A stretch of 39,225 nt of DNA from IMG/VR virus record IMGVR_UViG_3300020388_000005, positions 1-39,225 of that record. One strand, written 5' to 3'. Position numbers and translations under genes: made by a program. Each line of letters opens with the position of its first letter. Position 1 is the stretch's first letter. The DNA comes from a virus (taxonomy: Duplodnaviria; Caudoviricetes). The notes beneath the pieces are model-generated. The model was not told the DNA's origin. It made no database searches and worked only from the letters and a program-made list of their open reading frames with translations. Positions 14,775 through 22,193 of this stretch are shown here, piece by piece.

Positions 14775-14848
14775 GAGGACAAACCCCAGTGCTTCAACCA
14801 CCCCTGGCATCGCTTCTGAAGTCTGCCCATGCAGACTCTAGGCCCCAA

Positions 14849-15040
14849 ATGACTCAAAGCGAAATTACCCGAATGTTCCATATCGCCCAGGTGCATGGGG
14901 GCGACTTTGAGCGGAAGTTAGCCACCGCTGGCCTGGTTGCCGACCCGGACAACGTGGCCAAAATCTTGCGGACCTGGCCTCAGCTTCAAGGCATATATGG
15001 TCCTGGCGGCATCCATTGGGATCGGGAGGACGTGAAGTGA
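14849..15040 (+). CDS. Hypothetical protein (HGG.F...LA.A...AD..N...I...WP motif)
   Basis: Start moved to ATG 14849; GTGA-coupled to the exonuclease. Confidence 0.7.
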   Translation: MTQSEITRMFHIAQVHGGDFERKLATAGLVADPDNVAKILRTWPQLQGIYGPGGIHWDREDVK

Positions 15041-15810
15041 ACGTCTCAGAAGTCGATTATTTCAGCAACCCTGGCTACAGCCAGAGCGACATGAAACAGG
15101 CTTTAGAGTCGCCAGAACTTCTTTATTGGATGAAGCACAAAGGTGGACGTGTTGAACGTAAACCAAGCCCTCAAATGATTGAAGGCAGCTTGGCCCACTG
15201 CTTCATCCTTGAACCTGACAAACTATCAACCGCTTACGAAGTTTGCGGTCCACGCAACACCAAGGCAGGCAAGGAAGAGGCACAACAAGCCATTAAGAAC
15301 GGTCGGCAACCCATCACTTTGGCCCAATACGAAAAGGCCCACGGCATGAACCTGGCCGTAAATGCAAACCTCTTATGTAATACCTTTTTTGTCGATGGGT
15401 TAGCTGAACAATCTTTTTTTGCTGAAGACGATTCGACAGCCCTGCAGATAAAAGCTCGGCTGGATTGGATTACCCCAGATGAAACCATCGTTGATTTAAA
15501 GACGGTGGCCGCTGGTGGGGCAAGCCCAGCCAATTTTGCCAAACAGGTGGCCAATTTTTCTTACCACCTGCAATGCGCTCACTATCTGGAAATGTCCCAG
15601 ATGAAGCGTTTTGTCTTTGTAGTTGTTGAACGTGAGCCGCCTTATCAGATCGGCATATATCGCCTTGATGATGACGCAATTGCAGAAGGCCGCTACTTAC
15701 GCAAAAAGGCCCTGGACCTGATTGCAAACTGCAGAGTCTTCAACAACTGGCCGGGACACACCCCGATGGAACCGCAAACCCTTTCACTGCCCGCTTGGGC
15801 CTTCAAATAA
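15037..15810 (+). CDS. RecE / exonuclease VIII-like PD-(D/E)XK nuclease (DUF3799-like)
   Basis: S.S..K, GSLAHC.ILEP, KARLD, IVDLKT, YHLQ.A.Y and F.FVVVE motifs. Confidence 0.88.
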   Translation: MNVSEVDYFSNPGYSQSDMKQALESPELLYWMKHKGGRVERKPSPQMIEGSLAHCFILEPDKLSTAYEVCGPRNTKAGKEEAQQAIKNGRQPITLAQYEKAHGMNLAVNANLLCNTFFVDGLAEQSFFAEDDSTALQIKARLDWITPDETIVDLKTVAAGGASPANFAKQVANFSYHLQCAHYLEMSQMKRFVFVVVEREPPYQIGIYRLDDDAIAEGRYLRKKALDLIANCRVFNNWPGHTPMEPQTLSLPAWAFK

Positions 15811-16502
15811 TGGACATGTCCACGATTCTTTTAGATCAAGCCGCCAAGGATGCCTTGGCTGCACCTCTTGATCTCAACAACGTTAAAAAACGCAAGGGTG
15901 CTGGGAACCGCACGCTTGACTACATTTCCGGCGAACACGCCATCTCAGAAGCAAACCGTATTTTTGGGTTTGATGGATGGAGCAGTGAAACCCTTGATAT
16001 GAAATGTGTAAACGAAAAACAACCCACATATATCGCACGCGTTCGCGTCCGTGCCGGTGGTGTTACCCGTGAAGGTTGGGGAGGTGATAACAGCCACGAC
16101 CATGAAAACGCCGTTAAAGGTGCCGAGACTGACGCGATTAAGCGAGCCCTTCGCACGTTTGGCAACCAGTTTGGTTTGCCCTTGTATGACAAGGAAGAGA
16201 ACGCCGAGAACCTGACTCGTGGGTCAGAGCCTGCACCAAAGCCTCGGCCAACGCCTAGCCCAGAGTTCAAACGCACCCAAGAGATCGTCGAAAAAGAAAT
16301 TAAAACGGGCGCCTTTTATAGCTGGAAAACCAAAATTAATAACTCTGGCCCTGGGACTGACTGGATGGCCATGGATGTCGCCATCCGAAACGGCAAAAAC
16401 AAAAATGGAACCGATGCTGGTTTAACCGAAGCCCACAAACAAGACCTAATGAAGGCGTACAAGGCAAGAAAAGCCGAAGTTGAAAAGGTGGCAACCGCAT
16501 GA
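15810..16502 (+). CDS. Rad52/Rad22-family (Sak-like) single-strand annealing protein
   Basis: LDYI.G...I.EANRIFGFDGWS and A.KGAETDA.KRALRTFGNQFGL.LYDK. Confidence 0.9.
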   Translation: MDMSTILLDQAAKDALAAPLDLNNVKKRKGAGNRTLDYISGEHAISEANRIFGFDGWSSETLDMKCVNEKQPTYIARVRVRAGGVTREGWGGDNSHDHENAVKGAETDAIKRALRTFGNQFGLPLYDKEENAENLTRGSEPAPKPRPTPSPEFKRTQEIVEKEIKTGAFYSWKTKINNSGPGTDWMAMDVAIRNGKNKNGTDAGLTEAHKQDLMKAYKARKAEVEKVATA

Positions 16503-16747
16503 CCATGATCCAGGCCAACTATGACCCGAATTATTCCGGGCCCTACTTTTCTGAACAGCAGCTAGCGCAGCGGTGGGGCAAACACCCAAACACCCTGCGC
16601 CGTTACCGACAGGCAGGCACTGGGCCCGCTTTCTACGAAGTGCGGCAGGTCTTTGGCCCCCGCGCTCCACGCATCAGATACAAGCTTCATGACGTGCTGG
16701 CTTTTGAGCTGGCTAACTCCATTACCCCCGACAAACTCAATGGCTGA
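16499..16747 (+). CDS. Excisionase/AlpA-like HTH protein
   Basis: LAQRWG....TLRRYR..G.GP.F ... IRY....V..FE. Confidence 0.8.
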   Translation: MTMIQANYDPNYSGPYFSEQQLAQRWGKHPNTLRRYRQAGTGPAFYEVRQVFGPRAPRIRYKLHDVLAFELANSITPDKLNG

Positions 16748-17114
16748 TTTCATCCCCGCTCTTCCCGTTTCTGGCAAATGGAGCATCTATGAAAACGACG
16801 CAGACCATCAATGGAACCCTGGCGGCAAAAGGCTTGTACTCAGAATCCCTCTTGAGTCAGTCCCGGCTTTTTGCCAACACTTGATGAACCTTGCGGATGA
16901 TCCCGCCAAACATAAAGAAATGGAGGTTTGGGACTTCGACACCAAAGAAAACAAAACATATACCGCCATCGCAGCTGGTTTTAACGCGAAGCCTGGCAAA
17001 GAAGATAACGACGGTTGGTACGGCACCATTAGCCCCCAGGCGCATAAGGCCCCAGCCACGCAGCCTGCTGGCACTGTGACAATCCAAGCCAATGCCGAAG
17101 ACATCCCGTTCTGA
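16740..17114 (+). CDS. Putative single-stranded DNA-binding protein
   Basis: Start moved to ATG 16740; ends in an acidic EDIPF tail like SSB; lies in the recombination module. Confidence 0.55.
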   Translation: MADFIPALPVSGKWSIYENDADHQWNPGGKRLVLRIPLESVPAFCQHLMNLADDPAKHKEMEVWDFDTKENKTYTAIAAGFNAKPGKEDNDGWYGTISPQAHKAPATQPAGTVTIQANAEDIPF

Positions 17115-17275
17115 TGGCAGGCCCTGAACTCCAAGCCTTTCGAGAGCTGGACAAATTAGGGCTAATCTTAGAGGGCGAGTTTTTCTCGCCCTTTATGGCG
17201 GGCCAGGATCACTACACCAAACTTTTGGCGGCCATCAAGGCTGAGCGCCTAGGCATTAAACGCCGCGCACAGTGA
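17114..17275 (+). CDS. 53-aa hypothetical protein MAGPELQAFRELDK... (not in ORF track)
   Basis: TGATG-coupled to the upstream gene; converges on the lysin. Confidence 0.5.
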   Translation: MAGPELQAFRELDKLGLILEGEFFSPFMAGQDHYTKLLAAIKAERLGIKRRAQ

Positions 17276-17966
17276 TCATCCAACCTGAATTTGGCCCTTC
17301 AATCAGCCACCTGTAGTTAAATTCCGACTGACGAATCTGAACCGATTTGCCCGACCGGGATAAATCATGGCCGCCTTTTTGCATGAGTGGATAGCCCATT
17401 GGGTCGTGCATAACGTAATACTGATCGCCAACCGGGCTGTGTTTCCCCTGCACCCCCGTGATCACCGACCAATGACCGCAGGCAGGCCCCCCGCACATTG
17501 GCGCTTCACCTTTGGTTAAATCGCCTTTGTCATACCAGCCAACAAGGACCGCAGATCCCCGAGATATGGCCTCTTCGATCATCTGCGGATTGCCCTTTTG
17601 AGTGAACTCCACATCCAAACCCAGAAACCGAAGCGTGCGAATCTGAGCGTCAACGCTGGTGGTGTCCCCAAAGCTGGATAAGTGGAAAATGTACTCGTTA
17701 TCACTAGAGACCCGATTGACGCTGGCTGCGAGCATGGCGGCGGAAGAGGCGAAACAATCACGCCAGCCATCGGGGCCGTTATCGGTTTGCTGGAAGTAGG
17801 GAACATGGACCTGTTCGTCAATCCCAGCAGCCCGCCACGCCTCGAACCACTGGCTGTCTTCCTGTAGAAGCTCAGCAGGCATGGCATCTTGTAGGGACGC
17901 AACGCCAGCCAGGTGGTAGGGCGAGTCATTCCTGAAATGCTGGAAGAAGGGCAGCAAACTGAGCAC
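17256..17966 (-). CDS. Putative endolysin with a C39-like cysteine peptidase domain
   Basis: VPYFQQTD..., DCFASSAAM (Cys), GHWSVI (His), HDPMG (Asp); likely GTG start at 17966. Confidence 0.75.
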   Translation of the reverse strand: MLSLLPFFQHFRNDSPYHLAGVASLQDAMPAELLQEDSQWFEAWRAAGIDEQVHVPYFQQTDNGPDGWRDCFASSAAMLAASVNRVSSDNEYIFHLSSFGDTTSVDAQIRTLRFLGLDVEFTQKGNPQMIEEAISRGSAVLVGWYDKGDLTKGEAPMCGGPACGHWSVITGVQGKHSPVGDQYYVMHDPMGYPLMQKGGHDLSRSGKSVQIRQSEFNYRWLIEGPNSGWMITVRGV

Positions 17967-17977
17967 GCTCAGAAAAG

Positions 17978-18118
17978 TTACAGACGGCCTGATAATGGTC
18001 GGTTGCAAACGCTTTCGCCAGCTGTATAGCCGCTGATAAAAACCAGCGTTGAACTGAACAACAGCAGCATGACCGCGCCGCCCGCAACGAACCAACCCGC
18101 CAACGAGAAAATGGACAT
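17978..18118 (-). CDS. 46-aa hydrophobic protein MSIFSLAGWFVAGGAVMLLLFSSTLVFISGYTAGESVCNRPLSGRL; candidate lysis accessory (not in ORF track)
   Basis: Manually translated; fills the gap upstream of the lysin; long TM segment. Confidence 0.5.
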   Translation of the reverse strand: MSIFSLAGWFVAGGAVMLLLFSSTLVFISGYTAGESVCNRPLSGRL

Positions 18119-18120
18119 TT

Positions 18121-18294
18121 TCATTTTTCAATTCTTTTTTCCGGGTACATGGACTTGACTACATAAGAGACGACTTGATCGTCTATTTGTGATTCGGTCG
18201 ATTTGGCGTAGGCGGTCAAAAGATCGACCACCAGTTTTTTGACTCCTTGCGATTGCAAGAACGCAAACAGGATTGGGCGGATCAGTAGCAGCAT
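18121..18294 (-). CDS. Small amphipathic protein MLLLIRPILFAFL...; lysis-module candidate
   Basis: Start moved to ATG 18294; resembles a small protein I recall from cyanophages. Confidence 0.7.
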   Translation of the reverse strand: MLLLIRPILFAFLQSQGVKKLVVDLLTAYAKSTESQIDDQVVSYVVKSMYPEKRIEK

Positions 18295-18339
18295 CGTTTT
18301 TGCCTGATCGTTACCCTTAAAGAGTAGCTCTGTTACGTC

Positions 18340-18621
18340 ATGGCAGAAACACCGCAAACCAAGCCGGAAGAACAAGAGGAACAAGGCCACTCTTGGCTGG
18401 GTGATGTTGTTCGCGTGACCATCCTTTTATGGTCGATGGGGATTCTGACGGCAAATTATTTGGGCATTTTTTCGCAAAGTGTAGACCCCACGTTTCCAGC
18501 CTCTTTACTGACGGGAACGGCGGCTTCGTATTCGCCAGCACTCGGCAAACTTGGCAAGAAAAAGAAGGAGGAGAACGGCGTTATTGTTGATAACAGTAAA
18601 ACCAAAGCTGGCATCAAATGA
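18340..18621 (+). CDS. Two-TM membrane protein
   Basis: VR..IL.WS..ILT..Y and DPTF.AS...GT motifs; basic C-terminal tail. Confidence 0.75.
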   Translation: MAETPQTKPEEQEEQGHSWLGDVVRVTILLWSMGILTANYLGIFSQSVDPTFPASLLTGTAASYSPALGKLGKKKKEENGVIVDNSKTKAGIK

Positions 18622-19124
18622 CCCGCGCACTTTTGGTATTGGGAGCCACATTGGCGGTTGTTTTACCTGCTCAGGCTGACCTTACGCACCGACTCAGTAG
18701 TTCAGTTCAGCTCGACGTTGGCGCAGCTTCGTCTCGTGCCATTCGCGTAGGCAACAGCTACAGCATCAGCGGCAACGGAGTTGACACGTCAGTCAGCGCA
18801 GGCGGGTCAACCACCAATGACGCCCTGGGGGGGCTTGGGGCAGCTACCAACGGGGTCAACGCGATCACAATTCCAGACGCAACGCAGAAAACTGCGGGCA
18901 ACGCTTTTACATTCAGCACCAGCTACTCACAAGGCGATTTGGTGCCCACATCAGCCCCGACAGTTGGAGGCGTGCCAGCCTTCGGCGATGTAACCAGCAC
19001 GGCTGCAGGTACAAACACTGGCTTAGCAGCCACAATCAATACCAGCGGAATTCTCACAATCAGTCCAGGTGCGGGCAACACCAGCGCCATTGGGCAGGTG
19101 ATCAGTGAACTACAAAGCCGCTAG
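18618..19124 (+). CDS. Exported beta-rich protein
   Basis: Signal peptide ending AQA-D; S/T/G/A-rich; ATGA-coupled. Confidence 0.8.
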   Translation: MTRALLVLGATLAVVLPAQADLTHRLSSSVQLDVGAASSRAIRVGNSYSISGNGVDTSVSAGGSTTNDALGGLGAATNGVNAITIPDATQKTAGNAFTFSTSYSQGDLVPTSAPTVGGVPAFGDVTSTAAGTNTGLAATINTSGILTISPGAGNTSAIGQVISELQSR

Positions 19125-19500
19125 TGCGCTTTTGCTGCTGTTGGCATCCCCAGCGACAGCGGTGCCGGTTATCCCTAACTTCTCCCAGGGGCTGGTCACC
19201 AGCCATACCGAGTCGAAAACGGTAGTACGCGAGAGCATTGTTTCGGAATCGCACCGCACTGGCTGGGAGTACACAGTGATGGGCACCGGGGTTGAGCCAA
19301 GCAGTGGCACCGTGAGCCCTTCAGCAAGCGGCACAGCTCTAGACCTTGCCAATCGCAGCAGCTGGGTTCAATCGACGCCAGGCGCTGCCTTCCAGTTTGC
19401 AGAGACCTATCAGGGCCCCGGTCTGATCGAAAAAGTAATTATTGACAGGGAAACAATTATTGAAAGCGTGACCGACTCAACCAGCACCTTCAGCCAATGA
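19105..19500 (+). CDS. Exported beta-rich protein (AVPV.PNF.QG motif)
   Basis: Signal peptide ending ATA-V; ends STSTFSQ. Confidence 0.8.
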   Translation: MNYKAASALLLLLASPATAVPVIPNFSQGLVTSHTESKTVVRESIVSESHRTGWEYTVMGTGVEPSSGTVSPSASGTALDLANRSSWVQSTPGAAFQFAETYQGPGLIEKVIIDRETIIESVTDSTSTFSQ

Positions 19501-20282
19501 AAGCGACAGCAACTGCACTGCTGCTCGGCTTGATCTACACCGGGCCTGCCGCTGCACAGGTCAGCGCAACCGCAGCTCCAGTATCAAATAGTAGCGGCTC
19601 AGTTGTTAATCAAGCTGTGCAAATAACGCCGGGTCAATATCAAAAGTTTAGCTTTGGTTCTGGGATTCAATGTGACGGAGCCACGTTAAATGTGTCCCCT
19701 TTTGTGTCTGGTGTTCACTCTTGGGGTAAACCTAACAATGAATACTATCAGGAGCCGGTTTACGATAACAGCGACAATTACGGTTTGACTGATCCAGAAA
19801 CAGGCTTGGACGGACCAGACGGAATTCCCGACAGTCCTGGCAAAGTCCTGTTCATGAAGCCAATGAGGACGGGGTATCGCAGCAACTACAGCAACAATTT
19901 TGGAATTACTGCAACTATATCTGTGCCATTAGATCGTCGCGCAATAAACCTTTGCCTCAAGGCCGCAGAAAAACAGGTTGCTCTTTATGAACAGAGTTTG
20001 TCTGATAAAAGATTAAATTACGAAATGGGGAGATTAAAAGCGTGCCAACAGGCAATCCGCGATGGCTATGGCTTTTCTGATAACAGTCCCTTCAAAGCCA
20101 TCTGTGCTGATGTAGTCATTAGGCCCATACCTGTAGAAGACCACACCCACGCTATTACTTACCCACAGCCCGACGCAAAGCCATTAGTGCTCGATTCCGA
20201 TCTCGTTGAGCCAGGATTCGTTCCGACAAAGATACCGGTACTTCCTTTTTCAACAGAAGCTTCTTCACAACCTTCTTCGTAA
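19497..20282 (+). CDS. Exported protein with cysteines (SATA.P..NSSGSV.NQA.Q motif)
   Basis: Signal peptide ending AAA-Q; G.TAT.S.PLD...C...RLKAC...C. Confidence 0.8.
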   Translation: MKATATALLLGLIYTGPAAAQVSATAAPVSNSSGSVVNQAVQITPGQYQKFSFGSGIQCDGATLNVSPFVSGVHSWGKPNNEYYQEPVYDNSDNYGLTDPETGLDGPDGIPDSPGKVLFMKPMRTGYRSNYSNNFGITATISVPLDRRAINLCLKAAEKQVALYEQSLSDKRLNYEMGRLKACQQAIRDGYGFSDNSPFKAICADVVIRPIPVEDHTHAITYPQPDAKPLVLDSDLVEPGFVPTKIPVLPFSTEASSQPSS

Positions 20283-20922
20283 TTGGCTTGGCCAGCTTCT
20301 GCAAAACTGATGCAATTGGCTTCGACAAGATTGCAGCTGTTGTGGCAAAAGCAGCTGTAAGCGCCACAGAAGTTGTGGGGCCAACGTCCGGCAAGTAATT
20401 GTCAACAACCTGACTGACCGGAACTGATGCCCAGGTCTTGACGCACTCACCATCCTGCAGCTTGTAACCCGCAAGAACCTGCGTTCCTAATTTGTTAAAC
20501 GATCCAATTTCTTTCGCGCCAAACGGTGGGCACGGTTTGTCCTGTCGCAAGTTTGGAAAACTAGGGACGGCACTCGGTACACTTGGGGAAGGGACTGCGG
20601 CCGGGGCTTTTGACTCCGGCTTTTTCATGTTTGCTTGTGGTGGCTGCACCCATGTGAAATCGCGGGGGCTGTAGTTAGGGGCTTCATAAACAGGGACCGA
20701 GCCATCGCACAGCGTTACTGTGCCGCGTGGATCATCTTCAAAGGTTTGAACACCGCCGCCCTGGCTAATACGCGCACGGACGCATCCGGGCATCTCAATA
20801 ACTGGGAACGCTGCTGAAGTTACCGGTGGGGCTATTGGTAAAACAGGAGGCGGAATTGGTTGGCCCACATAGATGTCAGGGACGCCAATGCCTCGCACAC
20901 CTATCGCACGAATTTGCGGCAT
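20155..20922 (-). CDS. Proline-rich membrane-anchored protein with paired cysteines
   Basis: P.IEMPGCV, LCDG..P, CP, C; C-terminal hydrophobic helix and basic tail. Confidence 0.75.
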   Translation of the reverse strand: MPQIRAIGVRGIGVPDIYVGQPIPPPVLPIAPPVTSAAFPVIEMPGCVRARISQGGGVQTFEDDPRGTVTLCDGSVPVYEAPNYSPRDFTWVQPPQANMKKPESKAPAAVPSPSVPSAVPSFPNLRQDKPCPPFGAKEIGSFNKLGTQVLAGYKLQDGECVKTWASVPVSQVVDNYLPDVGPTTSVALTAAFATTAAILSKPIASVLQKLAKPITKKVVKKLLLKKEVPVSLSERILAQRDRNRALMALRRAVGK

Positions 20923-20963
20923 ATAGCCAAAGCGTTTACAGGGGGTAGAGCCTTAAAAACAAG

Positions 20964-21188
20964 TTAAAACGGTGACTTGATCGCGGGCCCAGTTGCCTTG
21001 GGCAGCTCAGGCATCTTTGGAACGGGCACTTGATCAAGGATCGTTTCTGTCAGCTCCAGCTTCATATCGCTCAGATATAGCTTCATCATTGACGGGACGC
21101 GCGTATAAGCCATAACGCCGATCACGGCCAAGCTTGTTGAAACGGTGAAGCCAAGAACACTCAGCAGATTGAAAATTTTTTGAGCCAT
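20964..21188 (-). CDS. Small single-TM protein
   Basis: QKIFN.L... N-terminal TM, Pro-rich tail ending PF. Confidence 0.75.
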   Translation of the reverse strand: MAQKIFNLLSVLGFTVSTSLAVIGVMAYTRVPSMMKLYLSDMKLELTETILDQVPVPKMPELPKATGPAIKSPF

Positions 21189-21198
21189 AGTTTTTAGG

Positions 21199-21229
21199 TA
21201 AACAAAAAGCCCCCTTCCGAGGGCTTCTT
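21199..21229 (-). terminator. Intrinsic terminator after the OMP-like gene
   Basis: AAGAAGCCC-TCGGAAGG-GGGCTTTTT-GTTT on the minus strand. Confidence 0.7.
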
Positions 21230-21262
21230 GCTGTCTGTGTGAGGAGACTTCTAAGTTATAAC

Positions 21263-21607
21263 TCAGAGATCAAACGTTTTGCCAACTTTGAGGTTGAAGT
21301 TTGTGTCTGAATTGATGCTGGCAAAGCTCAGCTCGCTGTAACCCGCACCGAAGCTGTAACCGGCCTTACCGCTGACGCCCACCTCAGTGTCGCCAGTGTC
21401 CGGAACCTGGACCATAGGCCCGATTTGAGCAAAAAAGCCCTCGCCTTTAGCGCCCAGGTGCAGGTCAACGGTCGCGCCGGTCACGCCGTTTTCGCCAGCT
21501 CCGACGTTAGCTTCTGGATTGAAATACAAAGGGTTTGCGATCGCAGACAGGGGGGCCAATGCACTGACCGCAATGACGGCGGCACCAGTCACAATAGATT
21601 TGATCAT
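21263..21607 (-). CDS. Small outer-membrane beta-barrel-like protein
   Basis: Signal peptide (AIA-N), alternating amphipathic strands Y.N.E.N.G, DLH.G, Q.GP, SGK.G, ELSF, K.G..F; start moved to ATG 21607. Confidence 0.7.
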   Translation of the reverse strand: MIKSIVTGAAVIAVSALAPLSAIANPLYFNPEANVGAGENGVTGATVDLHLGAKGEGFFAQIGPMVQVPDTGDTEVGVSGKAGYSFGAGYSELSFASINSDTNFNLKVGKTFDL

Positions 21608-21684
21608 TTTGAAACGAGAAAACGTTTTCCTTGGATACATTAACCGGCCCAGTCAATGGACGGTTTTGGATGTGATCTACAGGA

Positions 21685-21879
21685 TCAATCTTCGTCACTA
21701 CCAGGAGACCATAAATGATGTTTTTTAAAAAGCCCCGTATATAAACCGCGCTGAGGATGATCGACGTTGTCGCGGCCTTCGTAAAAATAAAGCATCTCAA
21801 GCCATTGCACTCGATTCCTGGCAACAGTTAAATCTTCTGCCCCAGGTTTGCCGCAAATTAGTGGGTCAGGCTTTTGCAT
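21685..21879 (-). CDS. Hypothetical protein (LY...GR....HP..GLYTGL)
   Basis: 64 aa, TGATG-coupled to the upstream fibre gene. Confidence 0.75.
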   Translation of the reverse strand: MQKPDPLICGKPGAEDLTVARNRVQWLEMLYFYEGRDNVDHPQRGLYTGLFKKHHLWSPGSDED

Positions 21880-22181
21880 CAGACAATTGTGTAAGTGCTC
21901 CCTGAGGTTACTGTCACGGTCACGCCTGAGGCGATTGTGATTGGCCCAGCACTCATGGCATTTTTGCCTGAGGTGATCGAGTAATTCGTCGAGATTGTCT
22001 GCGCGTTTTCATAAATGCAATCGTCCGCAACAGTGCCACCACCTGCAATTGCAGCAACAGAGCCGTCGTCTTTTTTCGTAAAAACGACGCCCGTATCGGT
22101 TCTTATGGCGAGTTCGCCTACGACAAGATCTGAGGCACTTGGATCAGAGGTGCCGCGCTTGTGCTTGATTGTGTTCGCCAT
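21879..22181 (-). CDS. Short fibre/adaptor protein
   Basis: N-terminal TI..KRG...P....L..GELA motif and C-terminal NAMSAGPITI motif. Confidence 0.75.
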   Translation of the reverse strand: MANTIKHKRGTSDPSASDLVVGELAIRTDTGVVFTKKDDGSVAAIAGGGTVADDCIYENAQTISTNYSITSGKNAMSAGPITIASGVTVTVTSGSTYTIV

Positions 22182-22193
22182 TGGTAGCTCCGA

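Noticed and set aside
14795-14851. Fifth promoter cassette
   Set aside because: Only the CAACCACCCC piece is present, with no CTACCA repeats, palindrome or adjacent ATG; a separate AGTCTGC/GCAGACT hairpin follows
17967-18131. Long N-terminal extension of the lysin
   Set aside because: An alternative-frame hydrophobic ORF fits the gap, and the protein-like sequence begins at VLSLLPFF
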